Shown: positions 40,534 to 51,668 of the stretch, piece by piece
Position numbering within the stretch: the first letter of the stretch is position 1
Layout: every line of letters begins with the position of its first letter
Virus record (IMG/VR): IMGVR_UViG_3300046167_000888
DNA from: a virus
Direction: 5' to 3' (one strand)
Length of the DNA: 64,000 nucleotides
Made by a program: the position numbers and the translations under genes
Notes under the pieces: model-generated
The model's input: the letters and a program-made list of their open reading frames with translations, nothing else
Databases searched by the model: none
What the model was told of the DNA's origin: nothing

Positions 40534-40725
40534 ATGGCAAATCCAAAAAAACCAATGACATTAACAAGTGTCAAAGTTCAAAGTGATTTATTTGAAAATT
40601 TCAAAATTGAATGTGTAAGACGAAAATTCTCATTTCAAAAGCTTGCCGATCGGGCAATTTATTTGTATCTTACAGACGATGATTTTAAAAAACAAATTAC
40701 AAATCAAACTAATATTGAACTATAA
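40534..40725 (+). CDS. Ribbon-helix-helix-like small regulator
   Basis: LTSVKV strand followed by two helices. Confidence 0.5.
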   Translation: MANPKKPMTLTSVKVQSDLFENFKIECVRRKFSFQKLADRAIYLYLTDDDFKKQITNQTNIEL

Positions 40726-40738
40726 ATAAATTAAACAA

Positions 40739-42193
40739 ATGAATAAAAGTTTTAAATATCTTCCTAAAGATCAAAGGAAGAAAATCTTACTAGTCTGTGA
40801 TGATATTAGAGTACATTCCGGTGTAGCTACAGTAGCCAAGGAAATTGTGATGCATACGTGCCAACACTTTAATTGGGTAAATGTTGGTGGTGCTATTAAA
40901 CACCCTGAAGCAGGTAAAAGGTTAGATCTTAGTTCTGATACTCAAAAAATGACTGGAGTAGAAGATGCATCAGTTTTTATGTATGCAGTTAATGGTTATG
41001 GTAATACACAAGAAATCCATAATATTATTAATATTGAAAAACCAGATGCTGTTATGTTGTTTACAGATCCAAGATATTTCTTACATATATTTAATATGGA
41101 AGATCAAATTAGAAAAATATGCCCAATTGCATATTTGAATATTTGGGATGATTATCCAGCACCTAGATACAACCAACCATTTTATGAAGCATGTGATTTA
41201 TTAATGGGTATTTCTAAACAAACAGTTAATATTAATAAATTAGTTTTAGCTGACTGTGATAATAGTAAACGAGTATTTAAGTATATTCCTCATGGTTTAG
41301 ATCATACTCATTATTTTCCAATTAATGAAGATCATGAGTTATATGATGAGTTTAAAAAATTCCAAAAAGAAACTTTATTCAAAAATAAAGAAGTAAACTT
41401 CTCTATGTTCTTTAATTCAAGAAACATTCGTAGAAAACAAATTCCAGATACAATGATGGCGTTTAGATGTTTCTTAGATACTTTACCACTTGAAGAAGCA
41501 TTAAAATGTAGATTTGTTTTACATACTGAATTATCAACAGATCATGGTACAGATTTAGATGCAGTAAGAGAATATTTGTTTGAAGAAAAATATAGAGAAT
41601 GTATTATATTTTCACATCAAAAACTAGATAGAAAACACTTAAATTTCTTATACAATTCAGCTGATGTTCAAATCTTATGTACTTCAAATGAAGGATGGGG
41701 GTTAACATTAACAGAAGGAATGTTAACTGGAACACCAATTATAGCTAATGTAACAGGTGGAATGCAAGATCAAATGAGATTTGTTGATGAAAATGGAGAA
41801 TGGTTTACACCAAGTCCTGATGTACCTTCTAATCATAGAGGTACCTATAAAGAACATGGTGAATGGGCATTTCCAGTATATCCAACTAGTAGATCAATTC
41901 AAGGTTCTCCATTAACACCTTACATCTATGATGACCGAGCTAAATTTGAAGATATAACAGAACAAATTAAAACAGTTTATAATCTATCAGATGAAGAAAG
42001 AAAACAAAGAGGTATTAAAGGTAGAGAATGGTGTTTGAGCGATGAAGCAGGATTTAATGCTGAAAAACAAGGTGAAAGAGTAATTGAAGCATTTGATGAG
42101 TTATTTAAAGTATGGGAACCAAGAGAAGACTTTGAAATAATAGACATAAATGAAGTAAAAGGTAAATATTTAAACCACAAAATTTTATATTAA
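40739..42193 (+). CDS. GT-B (GT4-like) glycosyltransferase
   Basis: SGVATV, IPHG, RNIRRK, EGWGLTLTEGM. Confidence 0.85.
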   Translation: MNKSFKYLPKDQRKKILLVCDDIRVHSGVATVAKEIVMHTCQHFNWVNVGGAIKHPEAGKRLDLSSDTQKMTGVEDASVFMYAVNGYGNTQEIHNIINIEKPDAVMLFTDPRYFLHIFNMEDQIRKICPIAYLNIWDDYPAPRYNQPFYEACDLLMGISKQTVNINKLVLADCDNSKRVFKYIPHGLDHTHYFPINEDHELYDEFKKFQKETLFKNKEVNFSMFFNSRNIRRKQIPDTMMAFRCFLDTLPLEEALKCRFVLHTELSTDHGTDLDAVREYLFEEKYRECIIFSHQKLDRKHLNFLYNSADVQILCTSNEGWGLTLTEGMLTGTPIIANVTGGMQDQMRFVDENGEWFTPSPDVPSNHRGTYKEHGEWAFPVYPTSRSIQGSPLTPYIYDDRAKFEDITEQIKTVYNLSDEERKQRGIKGREWCLSDEAGFNAEKQGERVIEAFDELFKVWEPREDFEIIDINEVKGKYLNHKILY

Positions 42194-43467
42194 TGAGCAA
42201 ACCAGTTTTTATAATAAGTTGTCCTGTAGACACATATAGTGGATATGGAGCACGTTCAAGAGATATAGTTAAATCTATTATTGAATCAGATAAATATGAT
42301 GTTAAAGTACTACCTCAAAGATGGGGTGATACACCAGGTGGTTTTTTAAATGACCATAAAGAATGGCAATTCCTAAATCAACATATTATTCCTAATATCC
42401 AATCTAAACCAGATATTTGGATGCAAATTACTATTCCAAATGAATTTCAACCAGTAGGAAAATATAATATTGGATGTACAGCTGGAATTGAAAGTACAGG
42501 TTGTGATGTTACTTGGATCGAAGGTATAAATAGAATGGATATGACATGGACGTCTTCTAAACATAGTAAAGGCGTATTTGAAGATCTTAAATTTGAAAGA
42601 CGTAATAAGCAAACTAATCAGATTGAAGGTACAGTAAAATGTGAAAAACCTATTCATGTTGTATTTGAAGGTGTAAATTTAGATTTATATAAACATATTC
42701 CAAACAGCAGTAATACACTTGATTTAAGCAGTATTAAACCTGGATTTAACTTTTTATTTGTAGGACATTGGATGCAAGGTGATATTGGTCATGATAGAAA
42801 AAATGTTGGTTTAATGATTAAATATTTTATTGATCTATATAAAAATAAAAATTCAGCACCTGGATTAATCTTAAAAGCATCTTCTGGTAGAAATAGTTAT
42901 TATGGGAGAGAAACATTACTTAGAAAACTTAAGAAAATAAAATCAACTTATCCTCTAGATACTATTTTTCCACCTATTTATTTAATAAATGGAAATTTAA
43001 CAGATGAACAAATGAATGAGTTATATAATCATCCTAAAGTAAAATGTATGGTTAGTATGACTAAAGGTGAAGGTTATGGTAGACCGTTAGCTGAATTTGG
43101 TTTAAGTAAAAAACCTATTATTGCTTCGGGATGGTCAGGGCAAATTGATTTCTTAAATCCTATGCATACTACTTTACTACCAGGTAATTTAGAAAATGTT
43201 CACCCAAGTGCTGCTAATAATTGGTTAAAGAAAGATTACCAATGGTTCCAAGTTAGCCCTAAACATTTTCAAAATGCTTTAAAATCGGTACACCAAAAAT
43301 ATAAAAAGTTTGTAGTGCCTGCTAAAAAACAAGGACACCATATTAAAACTAATTTTAGTTATGAGGCAATGAGAGATCTAGTTAATAATATTTTAGATGC
43401 TAATATTCCTGAATTTCCTAAACAAGTAGAATTATCATTACCAACTTTAGAAACACCTAAATTATAA
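42193..43467 (+). CDS. GT-B (GT4-like) glycosyltransferase
   Basis: SGYG, RKNVG, GEGYGRPLAE, PIIASGWSG. Confidence 0.85.
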   Translation: MSKPVFIISCPVDTYSGYGARSRDIVKSIIESDKYDVKVLPQRWGDTPGGFLNDHKEWQFLNQHIIPNIQSKPDIWMQITIPNEFQPVGKYNIGCTAGIESTGCDVTWIEGINRMDMTWTSSKHSKGVFEDLKFERRNKQTNQIEGTVKCEKPIHVVFEGVNLDLYKHIPNSSNTLDLSSIKPGFNFLFVGHWMQGDIGHDRKNVGLMIKYFIDLYKNKNSAPGLILKASSGRNSYYGRETLLRKLKKIKSTYPLDTIFPPIYLINGNLTDEQMNELYNHPKVKCMVSMTKGEGYGRPLAEFGLSKKPIIASGWSGQIDFLNPMHTTLLPGNLENVHPSAANNWLKKDYQWFQVSPKHFQNALKSVHQKYKKFVVPAKKQGHHIKTNFSYEAMRDLVNNILDANIPEFPKQVELSLPTLETPKL

Positions 43468-43470
43468 ATT

Positions 43471-43908
43471 ATGCAATACGATGAAATTATAGATTGTCCT
43501 AGATCAGGTGGTGATTTATGCTATAAAACTGAAGTGACTCCTGAAGTAACTAATTATTATAGTTTATCTTGTGGGTTTTGGACTAATAGTTTAATGACCC
43601 CAGATCAAGATTTTTATAAACAACAAATGGAGGTATTACCTGAATTATATAAAGATTTAGCTTGGTTAGATCCAAAAACTGAATTAATATGGTTACCTCA
43701 TTCAATTAATGATCCTAAATTAGGAATGGTTTATGCTGCTGGTGCTAGTGCCGATGATTGGAGATGGGCTGCAGTTAAAGCTAAAGAAATTAAAAAAGAA
43801 GAACAAGAAAAATTTGGTTCAACACATAAAGCTGATATGACTACAATAGCATATTTTAATGAACGTGATTATATGGATGCTTTGTCGTATATTGGATTGT
43901 TACCATAA
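43471..43908 (+). CDS. Hypothetical protein
   Basis: Intact ORF. Confidence 0.6.
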   Translation: MQYDEIIDCPRSGGDLCYKTEVTPEVTNYYSLSCGFWTNSLMTPDQDFYKQQMEVLPELYKDLAWLDPKTELIWLPHSINDPKLGMVYAAGASADDWRWAAVKAKEIKKEEQEKFGSTHKADMTTIAYFNERDYMDALSYIGLLP

Positions 43909-43914
43909 TATAAT

Positions 43915-44539
43915 ATGAAAATAAGTTACGCTATAACGGTTTGTAATGAATTAAAAGAAATAACATTGTTATTAAATTTTCTTTTAAAGGCAAAACGAGA
44001 AGAAGATGAAATAGTTATTTTATTTGATAAGAAAAATGGTTCACCTGAAGTATGGAATTTACTTGCAGAGTTAAAAGGAGAATCAAATGTTACTTATACA
44101 TCAGCTACATTCAAAAACCATTTTGCTGATTGGAAAAATTATTTAACTAGTTTATGTTCTGGTGATTATATATTTCAAATTGATGCTGATGAAATGCCAC
44201 ATGGTACTTTAATACAAAATTTACCTTCAATATTAGAAATGAATAAAGGTAATGAAGTATTTTTAGTTCCTAGAGTTAACACAGTTAAAGGGACTAACTA
44301 AAGAACATATTCAGAAATGGCAATGGAGAGTTGATGATAAAGGTTGGGTTAATTGGCCTGATTATCAATGGCGTATTTGGAAAAATTTACCTGAAATTAA
44401 ATGGGTAAATAAAGTACATGAAAAACTAGAAGGGTTTAAGACATATTCTCTATTACCTGAAATGGAAGAAGTATGTTTATATCATAATAAACATATTAAA
44501 CGACAAGTTAAACAAAACGATTATTACGATACATTATGA
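43915..44539 (+). CDS. GT2 glycosyltransferase; 1-nt frameshift near 44288-44292
   Basis: ISYAITVCNE, QIDADE; continues GLTKEH..WPDYQWR..KVHE in the next frame. Confidence 0.8.
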
Positions 44540-45111
44540 AAACACTAGAAGAAATTTATTCAAATCATAATAATGGAAATAGTGGAGCTGGACATGGAGA
44601 TAAAGGTACAGTACATTCTTACATCCCAGAATATGAAAAGTTATTTGCACCTTATAGAGATAAAAAAATTAATATTTTAGAAATTGGTATTGCTTATGGT
44701 GAGTCTTTAGAATTATGGGATAAATATTTTACTAATGCAAATGTATTTGGGGCTGATATTCATGATATAGAAATATTTAGTGATAAATTTAAACCTGGAG
44801 GTTATAAAGATGATGAAAGGTTTACAATATGGATTTCGGATGCTACTAAACCTGAATTTTTAGATGTAATAGGTGATACTAAATTTGATATTATTATTGA
44901 TGACGGTTCACATAGATTAAATGATCAAATAGCAACATATGAATTATTAAAAGATAGAATGAATCCTGGTGGTTTGTTTATAATTGAAGATGTAGCTAAT
45001 ATTACAATTGATGCTATTGAATTTGAAGAAAGACATGATGATGTTGAAATATATGATGGTAGAGAAAAGAAAAATCGTTACGACGATGCTTTAATAATTT
45101 TAAAATTTTAA
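44536..45111 (+). CDS. Class I SAM-dependent (sugar O-)methyltransferase
   Basis: LEIGI, GADI, FDIIIDDGSH, GGLFIIED. Confidence 0.85.
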   Translation: MKTLEEIYSNHNNGNSGAGHGDKGTVHSYIPEYEKLFAPYRDKKINILEIGIAYGESLELWDKYFTNANVFGADIHDIEIFSDKFKPGGYKDDERFTIWISDATKPEFLDVIGDTKFDIIIDDGSHRLNDQIATYELLKDRMNPGGLFIIEDVANITIDAIEFEERHDDVEIYDGREKKNRYDDALIILKF

Positions 45112-45114
45112 ATT

Positions 45115-45912
45115 ATGATTAGTATAATAATCCCAACTTATAGAAACCCAGAGTATTTAGACATATGTTTAAAATCTTGTATTGAACAACAACATAATAA
45201 AAACCAAATTATAGTTGCGGTAGATGGGTTTATTAATGAAAGTAAAGAAGTATTAGATAAATATAAAGACGATATTAACATTCTTGATTTAAGAGAAAAT
45301 CAAGGTATGCAAACAGCACTTAATTTAGGTGTAATGAATGCCGTTAATGAAATAATATTTGTTGTAAATGATGATAATGTTTTTAGTAAGGATTTTGATT
45401 TAGAAATTGAATCACAATTAAAAGAAAAAAACGTATTAACATTAAATCAAATTGAACCTGAAGGCCCTGGTATATTCAATTTCCCAGTTAAAGACTTTGG
45501 ACGTAATCCAAGTGAATTTAAATACGAAGAATTTATTGAATATGAACAATCAATTAGAAAAAATGAATTAACTATTGATGGTGGTATTTTTCCATTTGCA
45601 ATGTATAAAAAATATTATATGGCAGTAGGTGGATTTGATGTAATGTATAAATCACCGTTTATTTGTGATTGGGATTTCTTCTTAAAATTAGATTTAATTG
45701 GGTTAGGATTTACAAGATCACATAATGCTCATTTATATCACTTTGGAAGTACAGCTACTAAAAATGGTAAAGAAGGAGATAGATTTAAGGCGTCTGAAAA
45801 CCCGGCTGCACAGGTATTTATGTATAAATGGGGTATTCCACCTCAATTATTTGAAAATCATAGTCATAATCCTAAAAATGGTTTAGTTATAAAAGGTATT
45901 AAATTCGAATGA
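45115..45912 (+). CDS. GT2 glycosyltransferase
   Basis: ISIIIPTY, VNDDN, GGFD, DWDF. Confidence 0.85.
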   Translation: MISIIIPTYRNPEYLDICLKSCIEQQHNKNQIIVAVDGFINESKEVLDKYKDDINILDLRENQGMQTALNLGVMNAVNEIIFVVNDDNVFSKDFDLEIESQLKEKNVLTLNQIEPEGPGIFNFPVKDFGRNPSEFKYEEFIEYEQSIRKNELTIDGGIFPFAMYKKYYMAVGGFDVMYKSPFICDWDFFLKLDLIGLGFTRSHNAHLYHFGSTATKNGKEGDRFKASENPAAQVFMYKWGIPPQLFENHSHNPKNGLVIKGIKFE

Positions 45913-46598
45913 AAGTAATATACAGGATATCAGATTCAGGTTATAATAAAGTTAAACCTGATTACATTACAAATGAAGCATGTTTAGCAAATGCAGTTAA
46001 AGTATTTGATGATTGTGAATGGTCTATTATAGCAGATAACGTTTCTAAGGAAACTAGTGATATGATTGAAAAATATAAATCTAAAGATCATATTTTATAT
46101 GTTAATAAAGGAAATGGTGCTGCTACATTTAATATAGCTTTAGATGAAGCACTACAAATGTCAGATAGTGATACTGTTTATTTTTTAGAAAATGATTATT
46201 TACACAAACCAGATTCTAGAGTTATTATTGAAGAAGGATTATCATTAGGAGCTAAATTTGTTTCATTATATGATCATCCAGATAAGTATTTATCACCTGA
46301 AAAAGGTGGTAACCCATATTGTGAAGGAGGAGCTGAAGATACTAGGGTATACTTAACTGATTCCGTACATTGGAAGATAACAAATAGTACAACAATGACA
46401 TTTGCAGCACAAGTTAGTACATTAAGAAAAAATGAAAAAATACTTAGACATCATACTTCAGGTACACATCCAAATGACTTTCAAATGTTTTTAGAATTAA
46501 GATACGCAAAAGAATTATTAGTAACCCCGATACCAGGTTATGCTACTCATGGAGAGACAGCTTGGTTATCACCATTAACAGATTGGTCTAAAATATGA
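45909..46598 (+). CDS. GT-A-fold glycosyltransferase-like protein
   Basis: VYFLENDYLH, STTMTFA. Confidence 0.65.
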   Translation: MKVIYRISDSGYNKVKPDYITNEACLANAVKVFDDCEWSIIADNVSKETSDMIEKYKSKDHILYVNKGNGAATFNIALDEALQMSDSDTVYFLENDYLHKPDSRVIIEEGLSLGAKFVSLYDHPDKYLSPEKGGNPYCEGGAEDTRVYLTDSVHWKITNSTTMTFAAQVSTLRKNEKILRHHTSGTHPNDFQMFLELRYAKELLVTPIPGYATHGETAWLSPLTDWSKI

Positions 46599-47611
46599 AA
46601 AAAAATATATTAATAACAGGTGTAGCAGGTCTATTAGGTAGTAGATTAGCTGATTGGATAATTGAAAACAAAGGTGATGAATATCAAGTAATTGGTGTTG
46701 ATGATTTAAGTGGTGGATTTGAAGAAAACATACATCCAGATGTTAAATTTTGGCAAATGGATTTAGTAAACCATCCAATTGAAAATATATTTGAAGCACA
46801 TAAAATTGACTATGTATATCATTTTGCGGCTTATGCTGCTGAAGGATTATCGCCTTTTATACGTGGATACAACTATGATAACAACTTAAAATCAACAGCA
46901 CGCCTAGTTAATGAATGTATAAAGGCTGACGTTAAAAGATTGGTATTTACGTCTACATTAGCTGTGTACGGTCATGGTTATGGTGGCATTTTTGATGAAA
47001 AACAACAACAAGCACCAATAGATCCTTATGGAGTAGCAAAATATGCTTGTGAAATGGATATTCAAATTGCTGGTGAGCAACATGGATTAGATTATTGTAT
47101 AATTAGACCTCATAATGTTTATGGTATTAAACAAAATATCTGGGACAAATATAGAAATGTACTTGGTATTTGGATGTTCCAACACTTAAATAAACAACCA
47201 TTTACTATATTTGGAGATGGACAACAAACAAGAGCATTTAGTTATATAGACGATTCATTAGAACCCTTATGGAATGCAGCTATTAAACCAGAAGCAAGTA
47301 AAGAGATAATTAATTTAGGTGGTATAGAAGAATATTCAATTTTAGATGCGAGTATTGCTTTAAAAAATGTTATAGGATTAGATACAGGTAAAAGACCAGA
47401 AACGGTATTTATGGAAGCTAGACATGAAGTAAAACATTCAATACCAACATACCAGAAATCAATTGACATATTAGGTTTTAAACATAAAACTGACTTGGAA
47501 GCTGGATTAACTGAAATGTGGAAATGGGCTAAACAACAACCTATGAGAGATAGATTTGTATGGCCAAGTTATGAATTAGATAAAGGTATTTATTCGTTTT
47601 GGAAAAACTAG
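46595..47611 (+). CDS. NAD-dependent nucleotide-sugar epimerase/dehydratase
   Basis: GVAGLLG, YGVAK, RPHNVYG, GDGQQTRAF. Confidence 0.9.
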   Translation: MKKNILITGVAGLLGSRLADWIIENKGDEYQVIGVDDLSGGFEENIHPDVKFWQMDLVNHPIENIFEAHKIDYVYHFAAYAAEGLSPFIRGYNYDNNLKSTARLVNECIKADVKRLVFTSTLAVYGHGYGGIFDEKQQQAPIDPYGVAKYACEMDIQIAGEQHGLDYCIIRPHNVYGIKQNIWDKYRNVLGIWMFQHLNKQPFTIFGDGQQTRAFSYIDDSLEPLWNAAIKPEASKEIINLGGIEEYSILDASIALKNVIGLDTGKRPETVFMEARHEVKHSIPTYQKSIDILGFKHKTDLEAGLTEMWKWAKQQPMRDRFVWPSYELDKGIYSFWKN

Positions 47612-48174
47612 AGTTTATAATCCCTACTTACAATGACGGAAATAATTTAATGGGTATGTTATACTCATTAATTAATCAAACTAATAAAAATTGGACTGCT
47701 CATGTTGTAGCAGATGGTAGTTATGATGGGTTTGAAGGTATAGCTGAACATTTTTGTATATGTGATAATATTAAATTTTCTAAAATTGATGGTCCTCATA
47801 AAGATTGGGGTCATACAGCTAGAAATTATGGTTTAGAACATGCTAGTGAAGATTGGGTGGTAATGACAGGTGCTGATAATTACTATATGCCCGATTTCGT
47901 AAGTGAATTTTTAAAAAATACTCTAGATAATAATTTTTTATTTTGTAATATGGTTCATAACGAAGCACATTATAAACATTATCAGGAATTAAAAGCATCA
48001 TTAACTGAAGGTAATATTGATATGGGTTGTTTTGCTACTAAAACAGAATATGCTAAACAATTAAGATTAAAACCAAAAAGATACATAGCAGACTGGATTT
48101 TTGTAGAAAACTTTATTACATTGTTCCCTGGTAATATTAAACACATAGATAAAATTTTATACGTACATAATTAA
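47599..48174 (+). CDS. GT2 glycosyltransferase
   Basis: IIPTYN, ARNYGL, GADNYY. Confidence 0.8.
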   Translation: MEKLEFIIPTYNDGNNLMGMLYSLINQTNKNWTAHVVADGSYDGFEGIAEHFCICDNIKFSKIDGPHKDWGHTARNYGLEHASEDWVVMTGADNYYMPDFVSEFLKNTLDNNFLFCNMVHNEAHYKHYQELKASLTEGNIDMGCFATKTEYAKQLRLKPKRYIADWIFVENFITLFPGNIKHIDKILYVHN

Positions 48175-48181
48175 AAATAAC

Positions 48182-49006
48182 ATGGATATAGGAATTATAG
48201 GACAAGGCTTCGTTGGTAATGCTATTTATCAAAAATTTAAACATTATTATAATGTAAAAACATATGATATAAAAGGTACTATTCATTGTAATAGTAAGGA
48301 AGAGGAAACAATGTCATGTGAGATTGTATTTGTTTGTTTACCAACTCCAATGAACCATGATGGAAGTTGCCATACAGATATAGTTGAAAATGCTGTTGAT
48401 CATATAAATGAATTAAATAAAGCTAAAATTGTAGTAATTAAATCTACTATAACACCAGGTACTGTAGCAAAATGGAATAAACAATATAAAAATGTAAGTA
48501 TTGTATTTAATCCTGAATTTTTAACTGAAGCAAATGCAGTAAATGATTTTGAAAATCAAACAAGAGTAATACTAGGTGGTCCTAGAAAAGGAACTACTAA
48601 ACTAAAAACAGTTTATTCTAAAGTATTCCCTAAAGCAACTATAGTTAAAACTGATTCAACATATGCTGAAATGGTTAAGTATGTTACTAATAGCTTCCTG
48701 GCGACTAAAGTATCATTTGCAAATGAAATGTATCAAATATGTGAAGGATTAGATGTTGATTATGATAAAGTAATTGAATATGCTATGTATGACGAGAGGT
48801 TAGGTTCATCACATTGGAATGTACCAGGACCAGATGGTGATTTTGGATATGGTGGACATTGTTTTCCTAAAGATGTTCAAGCATTATTAATTAAAGCTGA
48901 AGAATTAGGAGTAGCACCACTAATGTTAGAAGCAACTCATTCGAAAAATTTACAAGTAAGAAACAATAAAGACTGGTTAGGAATGAAAGGTCGAGCAATT
49001 ATATAA
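48182..49006 (+). CDS. UDP-glucose/GDP-mannose 6-dehydrogenase family protein
   Basis: GQGFVG, KSTITPG, NPEFL, KVSFANE, GYGGHCFPKD. Confidence 0.9.
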   Translation: MDIGIIGQGFVGNAIYQKFKHYYNVKTYDIKGTIHCNSKEEETMSCEIVFVCLPTPMNHDGSCHTDIVENAVDHINELNKAKIVVIKSTITPGTVAKWNKQYKNVSIVFNPEFLTEANAVNDFENQTRVILGGPRKGTTKLKTVYSKVFPKATIVKTDSTYAEMVKYVTNSFLATKVSFANEMYQICEGLDVDYDKVIEYAMYDERLGSSHWNVPGPDGDFGYGGHCFPKDVQALLIKAEELGVAPLMLEATHSKNLQVRNNKDWLGMKGRAII

Positions 49007-49007
49007 T

Positions 49008-49595
49008 ATGGCAGAAAAATCAATTATAGTATTAGACAATTTTTATAGTGATCCCCATCACATTAGACAAAGAGCATTTGGAATGGAATGGTTAGACAAA
49101 TATGGTAACCATCCAGGTAAAAGAACTTATGCAGATAGACACCCAAGCGTTAAAATAGCATTAGAAGATGCTATTGGTAAAAAAATTACTAATTGGGATG
49201 AAGATTGGAATACACATAATGGGGCTTATAATTTATGTAAACAAACAGACAGATGTTGGATTCATTCTGATTGGGGTACAAGTTGGGCTTGTGTAGTATA
49301 TTTAACTCCAGATGCTCCATTATCATCAGGTACAGGTTTATATCAACATAAAAAAACTGGATTTAGATCACCTCATGATGCTAAAACACCAGAAGAAAAA
49401 GCATTAGCTAAAGAATTTGAAAAGAATGATTCATTAGATTTTACTGCTTGGGAATTAACTGATTATGTTGGTAATGTATTTAACAGAGCAGTTTTATACG
49501 CTGGACATTATTATCATTCTGCGGTACAATATTTTGGTCATAGCGATGAATATTGCAGAATGCACCAAACTTTCTTCTTTTCCACAGAAAATTAA
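49008..49595 (+). CDS. DUF6445-like 2OG-Fe(II) oxygenase
   Basis: LDNFY, WIHSD, VYLTPDAP..GT, FNR..YHS, RMHQTFFF; paralog of 33415..34059. Confidence 0.8.
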   Translation: MAEKSIIVLDNFYSDPHHIRQRAFGMEWLDKYGNHPGKRTYADRHPSVKIALEDAIGKKITNWDEDWNTHNGAYNLCKQTDRCWIHSDWGTSWACVVYLTPDAPLSSGTGLYQHKKTGFRSPHDAKTPEEKALAKEFEKNDSLDFTAWELTDYVGNVFNRAVLYAGHYYHSAVQYFGHSDEYCRMHQTFFFSTEN

Positions 49596-49622
49596 CATTT
49601 CTTGAAGACTTCCGCGGAAAAA

Positions 49623-49654
49623 CTAGGTTACCCGAGATAGGAGTCGTATATTTA
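49623..49654 (+). promoter_or_regulatory. Repeated promoter motif
   Basis: CTAGG..TCGTATATTTA. Confidence 0.75.
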
Positions 49655-49698
49655 CAGGGTAAATAAGAATAATAATAAAAATTAAAACAATAAAGGTT

Positions 49699-50445
49699 AT
49701 GTCAAATTTAGAAAATCAATTAGATTTATTTCACGGAGTAGTATTAACTAAAGATCAAGAAAACGAAGTTAATAGTTGGGTAGAGCGTCAAGCTAAAAAT
49801 GCTGCTGATAATCAAGATAATGTTAATAGAATCATGTTAATGTTAGATGAAGCAGGTTTTGTTCAAGGTAAAGATTACGAATGTGATTTTGAAGTAAATG
49901 AAGTTACTAGAGAAGAACAATTTGGTTATTCATATAATAATACTAATTATGATTATGAAGTTACTTATTTAAGTTTTTGTGGTGGTGTTCGATTATTAGT
50001 AAATTCTATCCATGAAGGTAAAATGAAAGTTTATAAGTCTAGTGTTAGTAGAGAAGGTGATAAATTAATGTGTACTAGTGTTACTTCACAATACAGATAT
50101 TATAAGCCAAGTTCATTATTAGTTAAATATAATGAGCATAATTCATTACAGAATAGAAAATTAAATAGACAAAATGCTGAAGCAGTAGCAATAAAAAATG
50201 TAGTTGCTAAATTTCGTAAGCAATATCCTAACGCTACTGTATGGGGTTCTACTGATTACTATAGAAGATCATATGAATCATTTCCAGTAGTAAAAGTTAA
50301 ATTCCAATCAGGTAGTGAAGTTAGTTTTTCTTTAGGTTATGGTAATGATTTAGAAAATGTAAGATTCCATAAAAAATATGATGCTGTAAGTGAAAGTACT
50401 GAAGCATTAATGGAAAGATTTAATAATCAACCAGCAAAACAATAA
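49699..50445 (+). CDS. Hypothetical (early-type) protein
   Basis: Own promoter motif and AATAAAGGTTATG start. Confidence 0.65.
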   Translation: MSNLENQLDLFHGVVLTKDQENEVNSWVERQAKNAADNQDNVNRIMLMLDEAGFVQGKDYECDFEVNEVTREEQFGYSYNNTNYDYEVTYLSFCGGVRLLVNSIHEGKMKVYKSSVSREGDKLMCTSVTSQYRYYKPSSLLVKYNEHNSLQNRKLNRQNAEAVAIKNVVAKFRKQYPNATVWGSTDYYRRSYESFPVVKVKFQSGSEVSFSLGYGNDLENVRFHKKYDAVSESTEALMERFNNQPAKQ

Positions 50446-50460
50446 AAAAATTATATATTT

Positions 50461-50823
50461 ATGTTACAGACTATAAAAAAACCAAATACACGTATGAAAT
50501 TAAAAATGATAAAATGTAAGTGCTGTGGTGCTGATATGCCAGAATTAAGATTAACTAAGTATGGTTATAACTTTTGTGTTACATGCTCTGAAAATGGTAA
50601 AGGTGAAGGTATGAAACATGGTATCCCTGTTTTAATGGGTGAAGGCGATCATACTTGGGTTGAAACAGTTATAATGAATGATGATCAATATAGAGCTTAT
50701 CAGCATAATGAAAAGGCGTTTAAGAATATGGATAAAACGGGCAAGGCTGAAATGTTAAATATGGATAAAGAAGATAGAAACTTAATTGGCCCTCTTACAA
50801 TTAAGGACGAAGATGGCAAATAA
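50461..50823 (+). CDS. Zinc-finger (CxxC..CxxC) protein
   Basis: CKCCG..RL..FCVTCS. Confidence 0.6.
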   Translation: MLQTIKKPNTRMKLKMIKCKCCGADMPELRLTKYGYNFCVTCSENGKGEGMKHGIPVLMGEGDHTWVETVIMNDDQYRAYQHNEKAFKNMDKTGKAEMLNMDKEDRNLIGPLTIKDEDGK

Positions 50824-51433
50824 GAAAAAATTTCTAAGTAAGGAACAAATAGTTGCAGCTCAAGGTAAAACATTATCTAATATGGCTGCAGCTAGGTACC
50901 TTCATGTTTCATATCAGCACTATAAGAAGTACGCTAAAATGTATAACTTGTTTGAGCAACATAAGAACCAAGCAGGTAAGGGTATACCTAAATATTTAAA
51001 GGGACCTAAAAAAATGCCTCATATGAAGGAAATAATTGAAGGTAGAATAGCTGCTTCTTCATTTAATCCTAATAAACTTAAATACGCTTTAATAGAGCAA
51101 GGATATTTATCCGAGGAATGTGCTGTATGTAAATTTAAAGAAAGACGAGTATTAGATTATAAAATACCACTTTTGTTACACTTCAAAGATAATAATAGCA
51201 ATAATTACAGCTTAGATAACGTTCAGCTATTATGTTATAATCATTATTTTTTAACTGTAGGAGATATATTCAATAAACAAGATGAAAAACAAATTGAATC
51301 AAAACAAGAACACTATGGTACAAGTGAAAAAGTAGAATGGGAAGTAGATGATTATCATTTGCAACGTCTAAAAGAATTAGGTTTAGATGACGCTGATGAT
51401 GATGATCCTAATCAATACATAAGTAGAATATGA
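50814..51433 (+). CDS. HNH-like nuclease-domain protein with N-terminal HTH
   Basis: AAARYLHVSY; CAVC..LLLHFKDNNSNNYSLDNVQLLCYNH. Confidence 0.7.
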
Positions 51434-51668
51434 AAAAATTAAAACAAATATTTTGGGAATACTGGATTAAACCCTGGGCACCCTGCTTAAATTATGGCTA
51501 GAAAAATTAAATCATTAAATAAAAAGCATCATAAAATCACTCGTGATTATGATAAGCAAAAAAGTAAGCATTTAGAACGATTAACAGATCAAATGCTTAA
51601 AAACGATGAAAAAGCTCAACAATTAAAGTCTAAGACTATGAAGGGTGATTTTCTCAAAAATTTTTAAT

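Noticed and set aside
50814-51433. Mobile homing endonuclease / intron
   Set aside because: Free-standing, does not interrupt a gene, and the HNH motif looks degenerate
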